From contig CAXVYR010000003.1 of NCBI GenBank assembly GCA_963666975.2, forward strand, positions 64,001 through 128,000: a stretch of 64,000 bases of DNA, in the 5' to 3' direction. Below the pieces are notes generated by a model. It saw nothing but the letters and a program-made list of their open reading frames with translations. It did not search any database and was not told the origin of the DNA. The DNA is from Terriglobia bacterium. GTDB taxonomy: Bacteria; Acidobacteriota; Terriglobia; 2-12-FULL-54-10. Made by a program: the position numbers and the translations under genes. Positions 53,753 to 63,334 of this stretch are shown here, one piece after another. Position 1 is the first letter of the stretch, and each line of letters begins with the position of its first letter.

Positions 53753-53986
53753 ATGAAGATCAAGATCGAATACTGTTCTCGCTGAAACTATGAGCCTCGT
53801 GCCGTCAGTTTGACGGGGAAAATCCTGGAAGAGTTTAAGGAACGAATCACCCACCTGCAACTGGAGCCTTATTCAGACGGCCGTTTCGAAGTATTCCTGA
53901 ACGGCGATAAGATTTACTCCAAGAAGCAAACCCACGAGTTTCCTGAATACACCGAGATTCAGGCCGCCCTTGCCAAAAAGCGTTGA
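53753..53986 (+). CDS. Rdx (SelW/SelT/SelH) family selenoprotein with CxxU motif
   Basis: MKIKIEYCSR-UGA(53783)-NYEPRAVSL..GRFEVFLNGDKIYSKKQTHEFP; hairpin CCGTCA-GTT-TGACGG just 3' of the UGA; RBS upstream; absent from the ORF track. Confidence 0.9.
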
Positions 53987-54061
53987 TTTCGACCGCCGGC
54001 TTGACCCCTTAGATATGCTTCCCGGGTTCATGGGTGAAAAGCGGGTCAATCCTGGCGGTGC

Positions 54062-54139
54062 GCCAGGATTAGTTGCCAGGGTTACTAGTCAGGGTTACTT
54101 GCCAGGGTTACTTGCCAGGGTTACTTGCGAGGATCACTT
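54062..54139. repeat. 13-bp tandem repeat, 6 degenerate copies (GCCAGGGTTACTT)
   Basis: Read directly; overlaps the stop codon of the minus-strand methyltransferase. Confidence 0.85.
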
Positions 54140-54875
54140 CGGTCGGCACTCCTCGTTGGGTAATCCGGCGTGCCTCGCGGACGGCAAACCCGGCTTCGGG
54201 AAGGTACGCCGCCAGCCGGATAGGCCGGCAGCCGCCCAGCAGGGTGGGAACCAGCCAGTAAAACAATCCCCAGAGCCGGTCAAACCACCGATTACCGAGG
54301 CTCAGGTGCAGCAGCAGCAATCGCCCGGAAGGTTTCAGTACGCGCCGCATCTCCTGGACTGCAATTGCGATGTCGGAGGCGGAGAGCAAATCCAGCATGT
54401 AGCCGGAAAAGAGCAGATCGAAACTGTTATCGGCAAAAGGCAGGGTACGAGCGTCGCACTGGCACAAGGGCGGCGGCGCTTGCGGGGCTGGAAAAATCCG
54501 CCGGTTCGCTCGCCGCAACATGTCGAAGCAGATATCCACTCCAATCGTCGTTCCGCCGGGATTGCTGTCGGCCAGCCGCTCCAGCGCAGTTCCCGGACCT
54601 ACGCCAACCTCCAGCACTTTCTCGCTGTCACGAACTGCCGCCAACTCCAGTGCCAACGCCCTTGCCCGCGTCTCCACCAGCCGCTCCCAAATGCCGTACA
54701 AGGGCAGCAAGCGCGTATAGATGCCGCGAATCTCTTCATCGCGCAGTTTTGCGGGTGTAGATTCTTCGACGTACACGGAAAATGGCTGTCCCTTTCCTTT
54801 GTCCAACGGCGATTTTGCATCACCTCTATCGTTTTCGCAAATGGTGCAGACCGCTCTGCCATCGGGACCAGGCAT
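54108..54875 (-). CDS. Class I SAM methyltransferase (UbiE-like)
   Basis: VLEVGVGPG, DARTLPFADNSFD, RVLKPSG. Confidence 0.85.
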   Translation of the reverse strand: MPGPDGRAVCTICENDRGDAKSPLDKGKGQPFSVYVEESTPAKLRDEEIRGIYTRLLPLYGIWERLVETRARALALELAAVRDSEKVLEVGVGPGTALERLADSNPGGTTIGVDICFDMLRRANRRIFPAPQAPPPLCQCDARTLPFADNSFDLLFSGYMLDLLSASDIAIAVQEMRRVLKPSGRLLLLHLSLGNRWFDRLWGLFYWLVPTLLGGCRPIRLAAYLPEAGFAVREARRITQRGVPTEVILASNPGK

Positions 54876-55030
54876 CCTCCTGGGCTGTCATCCTGAGCGC
54901 AACCCGGCAGCCCGATGGCAGCTTCGTACTGCGCTCCGTTCAGTTTTCCGGCAGTACGGAAACACGCAATCTGACTCCCTAACTTTGTCCCTAACTGCGC
55001 GTTGAGCAAACGAAGCCGGAGGGTTACTGG

Positions 55031-55612
55031 TTAAAAGAAAAGGTATTTCCGCCATTGCTGGTCCCCATTGCCGATGAGACGAATCAGGTGGCGGTTGGTA
55101 TGCAGGTTGAAAGGGCGCGGCTGGCGCAACAGCTTCATCCCTGCACCCGCCGGGGTGCGGTCGCCTTTCCGGTTGTTGCAGGAGTGGCAGCAAGCCACGA
55201 GGTTCTCCCAGGTGGATTTTCCTCCTTGCGATCTGGGCAGCACATGATCGAGCGTCAGCTCGGAGGCAGGCAGCACCCGGGCGCAAAACTGGCAGGTATG
55301 CCGGTCGCGAATGAGGATATTTTTACGGGACAGAGCGCGCGACTCGTAGGGAATCCGCCGGTATTCCAGCAGGCGAATCACGGAGGGAATCCGCAAGGCC
55401 AGGCTGGCTGCATGAACGGTCCCGTTGGATTCCTCCTCTGCCGAAGCCGCCCCTTTGAGGATCAGAATGATGGCGCGGCGGGCCCCGCAGACATTCACCG
55501 GCTCATAGGTGGCATTCAATACCAGCACGGGAGAGTGCAGCATGGTTCCCATTTCCCAGCAAACTCGGTCAGGCATCACCGGCTCCAACGGGCATCGGCG
55601 GGGCGAACCCAC
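55031..55612 (-). CDS. HNH endonuclease (McrA-like)
   Basis: [47 protein letters not shown]; start codon uncertain. Confidence 0.9.
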   Translation of the reverse strand: MGSPRRCPLEPVMPDRVCWEMGTMLHSPVLVLNATYEPVNVCGARRAIILILKGAASAEEESNGTVHAASLALRIPSVIRLLEYRRIPYESRALSRKNILIRDRHTCQFCARVLPASELTLDHVLPRSQGGKSTWENLVACCHSCNNRKGDRTPAGAGMKLLRQPRPFNLHTNRHLIRLIGNGDQQWRKYLFF

Positions 55613-55620
55613 ACTGTAAA

Positions 55621-56472
55621 TTATAATACATCCGCGTCTTCTGGATGCGCTCGCGCCAGCGTGACCACCGAAACGCTCCGGGCCCCGGCGTCGAGCAAGG
55701 CCTGAGCGCAGGCATTCACAGTCGCCCCTGTGGTGATTACGTCGTCAACCAGCAGCAGGCGGCGCGAGTGCACCCGCTCGGGCCGGGGGACTTCAAAAGC
55801 TCCGTCGACATTTTTTCGCCGCTCCGGCGCCCTCAGGCCCGTCTGGGGCCGTGTGTCCCGCATGCGCACACAATCTTCCGCGCTGACTCGAATGCCGCGA
55901 ACCTTGGCGCGAACCTCGGATAGTTCAGCGGATAGCGCAGCAGCCAGAAGCGCCGCCTGATTGAAACCCCTGCGGCGCTGGCGCTTGGCGTGAAGCGGGA
56001 CCGGCAACACCAGATCAAAAAACGGTGCGTCGAGCCGCTGGACGGTATTGGCTAAATACGTTCCGAGAGGTCTGGCCAGAGGCCGGAAACCGTCGTACTT
56101 GAGATGGTGAATCAGGCTGCGCAGGACGCCTTCATACCGGCCGAAGCTGCGGGCCTGTTCAAAGACGAACGCCCCTTGCAGGCAGAGCCCGCAATGAAGA
56201 GTCTCCTGCAGGACAGCGGCCCCGCGCAGGAACAACCCGCACCCCGCGCACTCCAATCCTGCATAAGGACGAGCCGCGCGCAGGCAAGCTGCGCAGACGG
56301 GAACCCGTGTGAAACCCTCGATGGAAGACTGGCAAACTCGGCAGGAGGCGGGAAATACAAGAGAGAAGAGAGAGTCCCAGACCACCCGCGAAGATTGAAT
56401 CCGCGCTGTGAACCGGCTAGGTCTAGAAGCAGTTGAGGTGGGTTTGAAGATCAGCCTCCACAGAGCAAACAA
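55621..56472 (-). CDS. comF: ComF family protein (zinc ribbon + phosphoribosyltransferase domain)
   Basis: CxxC pairs, [23 protein letters not shown]. Confidence 0.88.
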   Translation of the reverse strand: MFALWRLIFKPTSTASRPSRFTARIQSSRVVWDSLFSLVFPASCRVCQSSIEGFTRVPVCAACLRAARPYAGLECAGCGLFLRGAAVLQETLHCGLCLQGAFVFEQARSFGRYEGVLRSLIHHLKYDGFRPLARPLGTYLANTVQRLDAPFFDLVLPVPLHAKRQRRRGFNQAALLAAALSAELSEVRAKVRGIRVSAEDCVRMRDTRPQTGLRAPERRKNVDGAFEVPRPERVHSRRLLLVDDVITTGATVNACAQALLDAGARSVSVVTLARAHPEDADVL

Positions 56473-56545
56473 GCTGCCGGGCGGAAGCGAGGCGTCTGTT
56501 TCATTATTTCTCCGCCCAATGGATTGAGACCCAATGTTGGAGCGA

Positions 56546-56929
56546 CTATGTTTCGAGCAAGCCGCGTTCTTGCTTTTCCTGGCACTCGATGCAGTGCCGA
56601 GCCCAAGGCACGGCCTCCAGCCGCTTTACTTGCATGTCCCCGCCGCACGCTACGCAGGCGCCAAATTCCTTGCGATTGAACCGCTCCAGGGCCTCATTGA
56701 TCAATTGCAAAATAAATCGGTCCTCGCTGCTTTGCTTAAAGAGAAATTCTTTTGTGTAGGAATTGGTCGCTTTGTCTGCGATATCCGGTGCGACCTCTTC
56801 GTCGGCTTCGCGTCCGTCCTGTTCGGTCTTTGAAACAGTTTCTTGCAATTGCTGTTTTCTTTCGAGCAGCCGCTTTTTATAAAGTTCAATCCGCTTCTTA
56901 TCCATGCGAACCAGCCCCGGAGTGCCCAT
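56546..56929 (-). CDS. TraR/DksA family transcription factor
   Basis: DIADKA acidic tip; CVACG..RLEAVPWARHCIEC zinc finger. Confidence 0.9.
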   Translation of the reverse strand: MGTPGLVRMDKKRIELYKKRLLERKQQLQETVSKTEQDGREADEEVAPDIADKATNSYTKEFLFKQSSEDRFILQLINEALERFNRKEFGACVACGGDMQVKRLEAVPWARHCIECQEKQERGLLET

Positions 56930-57092
56930 AGGGATTTGCCTAACTAGAGCTTTCTCAAACTAACCGCTGATTGTAGTTAGAAAAGTTTCTTTGTGTCAAG
57001 CAGGCCAATCCCTTCCACTCGGAGGAACAACCTGGAAGCCCGGCCGGTTCAGCCGGGCTCGTTGTGAACACCCTGAAATCAGGTAACCGGAC

Positions 57093-57179
57093 CTAACTTT
57101 TCTCGCTCTGCTCGCGCAATTTGGCGATGACGGCCGGATCGGCCAGCGTCGAGGTGTCTCCCAGCGCGCGGCCTTCGGA
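57093..57179 (-). pseudogene. C-terminal remnant of a second acetyl-CoA synthetase
   Basis: Encodes SEGRALGDTSTLADPAVIAKLREQSEKS-stop. Confidence 0.75.
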
Positions 57180-57210
57180 ATCAAATGGATCTTTATATCA
57201 GCCGGACCCT

Positions 57211-59316
57211 CTACTCGTTTTCGCCGAACCGTTTCACGTCTTCCGGACCTTCTTTTAATTTGACGGGGGCCTCTCCTTGAACCTCCTTCCGAATTATTTC
57301 TACGACATCCGGGTTCGCCAGGGTCGTGACGTCTCCCGTGTCCATGGTGTTTGAGATGGCGGCGAGCACACGACGCATGATCTTTCCCGACCGGGTCTTC
57401 GGCAGGTCCGGCACGATATGAACCTGCTTCGGTCGAGCGAACTTTCCAATCATAGATTCCAGGGTGGTAACAATCTTCCCCGCAACCTGCTTTTCGTCCG
57501 CGGCGTCCGGCTTCAGAGAAACGTAGACCACAGGCATCCGGCCTTTGATCTCGTCGACGATCGGGACGACTGCCGCCTCCGCCACTTCCGGGACCGTGAG
57601 ACAAGCCGACTCGAGCTCTTTGGTGCCCAGGCGGTGGCCGGCCACGTTGATTACATCGTCGACCCGGCCCAAGATGCGAAAGTAGCCGTCCGGAGCGAGC
57701 ACGCACGCGTCCGAGGCAAAATAGGGCCAGTCGCGCCAGTCCTTGCTGTCCCGGTTTTTGCAGTACTTCGCATAGTACTGTTGCACAAAGCGGTCGTTGT
57801 CCCTCCAAATGGTCTGCATGATCCCGGGCCAGGGGTTCCGAATGGAGATATTGCCCGCCCCGCTGGAACCGGTTGGGACCTCGTGGCCGTGCTCGTCATA
57901 AATGATCGGAAAGATACCGAGAGCGGGCGGTCCCGTGCTGCCGGGCTTCATCGGATCGAGGGCGGGTTTCGTGGAACAGAGGAAACCGCCGGTTTCCGTC
58001 TGCCACCAAGTGTCCACAATAGCGGCTTCCCCCTTGCCGACGACATCGTGATACCACCGCCAGGTCTCGGGTTCGATCGGCTCGCCGACCGAGGTCATGT
58101 GCTTGAAATGGTATTGGTACTTTTTGGGCTCATCCGGGCCGACCTTCCTTAGCATGCGGATCGCCGTCGGCGAGGTATGGAAGATATTCACATCCAGCTG
58201 CTCGGCGATTCGCCAAGACCGTCCCGCATCCGGATAGGTGGGAACACCTTCATAGATGACGCTGGTGGCGGCCAAGGCCAGCGGGCCATAAACGATGTAA
58301 GAATGACCCGTGATCCAGCCGATATCCGCCATGCACCAGTAGACGTCCTCGGGATGAATGTCCTGGTAATACTTGGAGGTTCCCGTGACATAGGCCATGT
58401 AGCCGCCGGTCCGGTGCTGGCAACCCTTGGGCTTGCCGGTTGTCCCGCTCGTGTACATCAGGAAAATGGGATCTTCCGCATCCATCGAAACCGGCTCGAC
58501 TTTCTTGCTCTTGAAATCCTTCAAGACCTCATCCATGAAATAATCGCGGCCTTCCACCATGGGCTTCGCCGACATATACTCGCCTCGGCGGCGCCGCCAA
58601 ACGAGGATTTTGTCAATTTTCTGCCCTTCCTTCTTAGCGGTTTCCACGGCGACGTCGGCGCTCGGTTTGTGATCTACAACCTTCCCGTTCCGATAGTAGC
58701 CATCGGCGTAAATCATGACGCGGCTTCCGGAGTCGGCCGCGCGAAGGCCGGCGGATTCGCCGCTGAATCCTCCGAATACCACGGAGTGGATGACGCCCAG
58801 CCGTGCGCAGGCCAACATCGTGATCGGCAACTCCAGAATCATGGGCATGTGAATCGTGACGCGGTCGCCCGCCTTGAGCCCACAGAAGTCGCGCAGAACC
58901 GCTGCCACTTCGTTCACCCGAACAAACAGTTCCTGGTAGGTGAGGGCGTAAACCGGCTCGTCCTCCGGTTCAGGGACAAAAATGAGCGCGGCCTTATTCT
59001 TGTACTTCGCTATGTGCCGATCCACGCAGTTGTAACAGGCATTGAGCTTTCCGCCCACAAACCATTTCCAAAAAGGTGGGTTGCTGGTATCCAGCGTGGT
59101 GGACCAGTACCGATCCCAGATCAGCATGTCAGCATATTCTTTGAAGCATTCCGGGAAATTTTCCTCCTTGAACCGTTCCACGACGGCGGGATCCACAAGA
59201 TTCGCCTGCCCGATGAACTTCGCACCGGGATGCACATACTCCTCTTCCTTCCAGTGGACAGCAATTTGTGCCTCGCTAACCTTGGTTCCTTGTCCAACCT
59301 TTGAACGGGTAGCCAT
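57211..59316 (-). CDS. acs: Acetate--CoA ligase
   Basis: YTSGTTGKPKG, DIGWITGHSY, DTWWQTETGG, PKTRSGKIMRR. Confidence 0.95.
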   Translation of the reverse strand: MATRSKVGQGTKVSEAQIAVHWKEEEYVHPGAKFIGQANLVDPAVVERFKEENFPECFKEYADMLIWDRYWSTTLDTSNPPFWKWFVGGKLNACYNCVDRHIAKYKNKAALIFVPEPEDEPVYALTYQELFVRVNEVAAVLRDFCGLKAGDRVTIHMPMILELPITMLACARLGVIHSVVFGGFSGESAGLRAADSGSRVMIYADGYYRNGKVVDHKPSADVAVETAKKEGQKIDKILVWRRRRGEYMSAKPMVEGRDYFMDEVLKDFKSKKVEPVSMDAEDPIFLMYTSGTTGKPKGCQHRTGGYMAYVTGTSKYYQDIHPEDVYWCMADIGWITGHSYIVYGPLALAATSVIYEGVPTYPDAGRSWRIAEQLDVNIFHTSPTAIRMLRKVGPDEPKKYQYHFKHMTSVGEPIEPETWRWYHDVVGKGEAAIVDTWWQTETGGFLCSTKPALDPMKPGSTGPPALGIFPIIYDEHGHEVPTGSSGAGNISIRNPWPGIMQTIWRDNDRFVQQYYAKYCKNRDSKDWRDWPYFASDACVLAPDGYFRILGRVDDVINVAGHRLGTKELESACLTVPEVAEAAVVPIVDEIKGRMPVVYVSLKPDAADEKQVAGKIVTTLESMIGKFARPKQVHIVPDLPKTRSGKIMRRVLAAISNTMDTGDVTTLANPDVVEIIRKEVQGEAPVKLKEGPEDVKRFGENE

Positions 59317-59714
59317 AATTACAACCTCCTTTTTTTTCCTGCTTCAACGTTTGTTATATTCTATGTAAGCCTTATGTATTGGCAAAAGGAAGAAAAACTG
59401 GCGACGAAGGAAGCAAAGACCTCTCGTGTTCTGGGGGATGCTTCCGCTTTCTTCTTCGACGCCATTGGGCCTCCTTAGTGTGCGGATGGAGTTAGATGGA
59501 AACTGGCAGTCGATAGCCTCCTCGGCCATCTGCGGGGGTTATTATGGGATGAGAAGTCGAATGAGACAAGGGTTTTCTGGCGGTGGCGGTAAACGAATTG
59601 ACAGGGTTGAGGATATGATTGACCCTTTTCATTTCATGCGGCTTGACACTTTGCCTGGTTTCCGGTACCCCTCGGAGGATTCAAGGATTCAAGGATTCTT
59701 GGATGAGGTTCGGT

Positions 59715-60419
59715 ATGGGCTTTTGGAATCTCAGCCGCGTTCCGGAGCCGGAGGAAATGGATGAGGCAGAGCAGGTGGAGAGCTACAGCTCTGCGGCCAC
59801 CGCCCGGCATCTGGACGCGATTGACAATACGTTTGTCGAGCATCTGCTCCGCCTGTTCGTAACGCAGGGAAGAGCGCCCGGCGCCCTCGCGTGGGGATTG
59901 GATGTAGGCACGGGACCGGCACAGATCCCCATCAAGGTGCTGGCCAAGGTTCCGGGCCTCAAACTAATCGGCCTGGACCGTTCGCAGAACATGCTGGCCC
60001 GTGCCCGCCGGAATGCGGAACGGGCAGGAGTGGCAGACCGGCTGACCCTTTCTACAGGCGACGGCCATTCGCTGCCGTTCCCGGATGGTGCATTTTCCGT
60101 CGTGCTGTGCAATTCCATGTTGCACCATGCCCGCCAGCCCGTGCAGTTGTTGCGGGAGATGGCGCGGGTTGCCGCACCCGGCGCTGCGGTGCTCTTGCGG
60201 GACCTCCGGCGCCCCCTGCGTCCATTTCTTGGCTGGCATCTGTGGCGGCACGGCAGGCGCTACCGGGGGCTGATGAGAGAATTGTTTGAGGACAGCGTGC
60301 GAGCGGCTTATACGCTGGAAGAGTTGGAGCAATTCCTGCGGGAGGCGCGACTAGAGAGAGTTCGGGCCTTTCGTTGCAGGGGAGCCCACATTGGGTTCGA
60401 GCGGAGGGAACAACGCTAG
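59715..60419 (+). CDS. Class I SAM methyltransferase
   Basis: RVPEPEEMD, LDVGTGPA, NSMLHH, RDLRRP. Confidence 0.85.
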   Translation: MGFWNLSRVPEPEEMDEAEQVESYSSAATARHLDAIDNTFVEHLLRLFVTQGRAPGALAWGLDVGTGPAQIPIKVLAKVPGLKLIGLDRSQNMLARARRNAERAGVADRLTLSTGDGHSLPFPDGAFSVVLCNSMLHHARQPVQLLREMARVAAPGAAVLLRDLRRPLRPFLGWHLWRHGRRYRGLMRELFEDSVRAAYTLEELEQFLREARLERVRAFRCRGAHIGFERREQR

Positions 60420-60455
60420 TTCTGGGCTGCGTTTGTGCGGCAAGCCCGTTTTTAA

Positions 60456-60484
60456 TTGACAAAACGGGGACCATGCGGTAGCTT
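60456..60484 (+). promoter_or_regulatory. sigma70 promoter of the his operon
   Basis: TTGACA-17-TAGCTT. Confidence 0.65.
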
Positions 60485-60493
60485 TGAAAAATC

Positions 60494-60544
60494 ATGGTTC
60501 TGATGCTGCACATCCACCGACACCACCATCGCTGCGATGCGTGA
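60494..60544 (+). CDS. hisL: his operon leader peptide MVLMLHIHRHHHRCDA
   Basis: 5 His codons within 7 positions, upstream of a terminator and hisI. Confidence 0.85.
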   Translation: MVLMLHIHRHHHRCDA

Positions 60545-60592
60545 CAGCTGAACCGTGCCTTCTGAATTTATTTTCTAGTTTGGATTTGGCCG

Positions 60593-60623
60593 ACCCGCTG
60601 GCACGCGCCCAGTGGGTTTTTTA
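60593..60623 (+). terminator. his attenuator terminator
   Basis: ACCCGCTGG-loop-CCAGTGGGT followed by a T-run, between leader and hisI. Confidence 0.82.
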
Positions 60624-60648
60624 TTTTCCATAAAGCGAGGAAGAAAAC

Positions 60649-61095
60649 GTGACAGCAGAAGCTGCGATGCAAATCGATTTCGACAAAGGGAACGGTCTGC
60701 TCCCCGCCGTGATCCAGGAATCCGGAACGGGAAGAGTTTTGATGCTTGGCTACATGAACCCGGAGGCGTTGCAAAAGACGCTCGAATCCGGCTACGTTAC
60801 ATTTTTCAGCCGTTCTCGCAACACCCTCTGGGTCAAGGGAGAAAGCTCGGGCCACGTCTTAAAGGTCCGGGAAGTCCAGGTGGATTGCGATCAGGATGCG
60901 CTGGTAGTGATGGCGGAACAGCTCGGCCCCGGAACTTGCCACAGGGGCTACCGCTCTTGCTTTTATCGCCGGATTCAGGACGGAGCGCTGGTGGAGACCG
61001 AGCGCCCTGCCTTTGATCCTCGCCAGGTTTACGGAAGTTCCTCCGCCAGCCCTTCCCCGGCAGAAGGACCGGCTAAATCCAACCGCAAGGAGTGA
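60649..61095 (+). CDS. hisI: Phosphoribosyl-AMP cyclohydrolase
   Basis: [29 protein letters not shown]. Confidence 0.95.
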   Translation: MTAEAAMQIDFDKGNGLLPAVIQESGTGRVLMLGYMNPEALQKTLESGYVTFFSRSRNTLWVKGESSGHVLKVREVQVDCDQDALVVMAEQLGPGTCHRGYRSCFYRRIQDGALVETERPAFDPRQVYGSSSASPSPAEGPAKSNRKE

Positions 61096-61100
61096 TCGCG

Positions 61101-61973
61101 ATGCCTAAACTTCGGCTGGGCATTCCCAAAGGCAGCCTCCAGGAAGCCACCTTCGATTTGTTGCGGCGTGCCGGGTACTTCATTCAGGTAGGTTCCCGCT
61201 CGTACTTTCCCTCGGTGGACGACGAGGAGATGGAGTGCGTGTTGATTCGGGCGCAGGAGATAGCCCGCTACGTAGAAGACGGCGTTCTGGACGCTGGACT
61301 GACGGGCCGGGACTGGGTGCTCGAAAACAACGCGGAGGTGGTCGAGGTGGCCGACCTCGTGTATGCAAAGCAAAGTTTCGGCAAGGTTCGCTGGGTGCTG
61401 GCCGTTCCGGAGTCCTCTCCCATTCAAGGTCCCAGGGACCTCAACGGGAAGGTGGTTGCCACGGAGTTGGTGAAGGTGACCGAAAAGTACCTGGCAGGCT
61501 ACGGTGTCCGCGCCAAGGTGGAGTTTTCCTGGGGCGCAACGGAGGTGAAGCCGCCCGAGCTGGCCGACGCTATCGTGGAAGTCACCGAGACCGGCTCCTC
61601 GCTGCGAGCGAACAAGCTGAAGATTGTCGACACCGTGATGGAGTCCAACACCGTGCTGATCGCCAATTGTTCCTCCTGGAAGGACGAATGGATCAAAGAG
61701 AAATTGGGCAATATCAAGATGCTGCTGGAAGGAGCCATGCTGGCCCACGGCAAAGTCGGCCTGATGCTGAACATCCCCAAGGAAAAGCTCGCCGATGTCC
61801 TGGAACTGTTGCCGGCGTTGAAGCGTCCCACCATCTCGGATTTGAGCGAGACTGGCTGGGTGGCGATCAATACGGTTCTGGAGGAAAAACTCGTTCGGGT
61901 GATTATTCCGAAACTCAAAAAGGCAGGCGCGGAGAACCTTGTGGAATATCCTCTGAATAAAATCGTCATGTAG
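61101..61973 (+). CDS. hisG: ATP phosphoribosyltransferase (long form)
   Basis: [30 protein letters not shown]-terminal regulatory domain. Confidence 0.95.
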   Translation: MPKLRLGIPKGSLQEATFDLLRRAGYFIQVGSRSYFPSVDDEEMECVLIRAQEIARYVEDGVLDAGLTGRDWVLENNAEVVEVADLVYAKQSFGKVRWVLAVPESSPIQGPRDLNGKVVATELVKVTEKYLAGYGVRAKVEFSWGATEVKPPELADAIVEVTETGSSLRANKLKIVDTVMESNTVLIANCSSWKDEWIKEKLGNIKMLLEGAMLAHGKVGLMLNIPKEKLADVLELLPALKRPTISDLSETGWVAINTVLEEKLVRVIIPKLKKAGAENLVEYPLNKIVM

Positions 61974-61998
61974 GCAATTCCTCCGTTTACCGTGGGCT

Positions 61999-63300
61999 TT
62001 GTCACCAACAGGCAGCATGACCATGCCAACAACCCAATATCCCATTCCGATTCTTTCCGCCCGAAACCGGGGGCATCTGCAGAGGATTTTCTCCCGTCGC
62101 GCCCAGCGTTTGGAGGAGGCTGAGCGGATAGTGGTCCCTCTGATTCGAGCCGTGGTCAAAGAAGGCGACCGAGCCTTGGTCCGCTACGCCCGCAGGTGGG
62201 ACGGTTTTGAGGGAAAACCGGCTGAACTGGCCGTCTCTCGCCGCCGGATAGCGGCCGCCAAACGGGCCGTGACGCCGGGATTTTCTGCGGCGGTGCGGAA
62301 GGCGGCACAAAACATTCGGCGTTACTGCCGCTGGCAAATGCCGCGGCAGTGGCAGCGAAACATGAGCTCCGGCGTCCGTGTGGGGCAATTGATCCGGCCG
62401 CTGGAGAGCGTGGGATGTTATATCCCGGGCGGGCGGTATCCGCTCGCCTCAACGCTGCTCATGACGGCGATTCCGGCGCAGGTGGCCGGCGTGAAGCGGG
62501 TGGTGGTCACTACCCCGAGGCCTGCCCCGGAGATTTTAGTTGCGGCAGACGTGCTCGGGATTCGAGAAATTTATACCGTGGGAGGGGCTCCGGCGATTGC
62601 CGCCCTGGCTTATGGCACAAAGACTATCGCTGCCGTCTCGAAGATTGTAGGGCCGGGGAATGCGTACGTGGCGGCAGCCAAGCGGCTGGTGGCGCGCGAT
62701 ACGGCAATCGACTTTGTAGCCGGGCCGACCGAGGTGCTGCTCATCGCCGAGGATGGCAACCCGGCATGGCTGGCGGCTGACCTTCTGGCTCAGGCCGAAC
62801 ACGACCAGGATGCCACGGCGATTCTGCTGACGCCGTCGGCAAAACTCGCCCAGGCCGTTGCGCGGGCCGCCGGACAGCAGTTGAAAACCTTGCCCACTGG
62901 GAGTCCCGCCGCCAGCGCGCTGCGACGCAACGGAGCGATTGTGGTCGTTCGCGATCGGGAAGAGGCAATTTCGCTGGCCAATCGTTTTGCGCCCGAACAT
63001 CTTTGGGTGCCTGCGGGCTTTCCTTTGGGGCGCATCGACAACGCCGGCGGGGTTTTTGTGGGGCCGTTCAGTCCGGAAGCGGCTGGGGATTATGCCGCCG
63101 GACCGAATCATGTTCTGCCCACCGGCGGCATCGCCCGCCTGCGCGGCGGACTCTCCGTGCTGGACTTTGTGAAGATCATTTCGGTGCAGCAACTGCAACC
63201 GGCCGGCTTGCGGCGGCTGGCTCCCACAATTACGACCCTGGCTCGCGGCGAGGGACTGGAAGCCCATGCCCGGTCGGTGGAAATTCGATTGAGACATTAA
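61999..63300 (+). CDS. hisD: Histidinol dehydrogenase
   Basis: YIPGG, GPGNAYV, AGPTE, QAEHD, APEH, GPNHVLPT; start codon uncertain. Confidence 0.95.
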   Translation: MSPTGSMTMPTTQYPIPILSARNRGHLQRIFSRRAQRLEEAERIVVPLIRAVVKEGDRALVRYARRWDGFEGKPAELAVSRRRIAAAKRAVTPGFSAAVRKAAQNIRRYCRWQMPRQWQRNMSSGVRVGQLIRPLESVGCYIPGGRYPLASTLLMTAIPAQVAGVKRVVVTTPRPAPEILVAADVLGIREIYTVGGAPAIAALAYGTKTIAAVSKIVGPGNAYVAAAKRLVARDTAIDFVAGPTEVLLIAEDGNPAWLAADLLAQAEHDQDATAILLTPSAKLAQAVARAAGQQLKTLPTGSPAASALRRNGAIVVVRDREEAISLANRFAPEHLWVPAGFPLGRIDNAGGVFVGPFSPEAAGDYAAGPNHVLPTGGIARLRGGLSVLDFVKIISVQQLQPAGLRRLAPTITTLARGEGLEAHARSVEIRLRH

Positions 63301-63334
63301 GACGTTTAGACATTGAGACCCCGATGACAAAGAG

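Noticed and set aside
48849-54139. Short repeat arrays as CRISPR
   Set aside because: Units are 13 bp, contiguous and have no spacers; no cas genes in the window
55031-55612. HNH nuclease plus neighbouring methyltransferase as a restriction-modification system
   Set aside because: The methyltransferase is small-molecule (UbiE-like) type with no DPPY/NPPY/PC motif; this HNH family is common in core genomes
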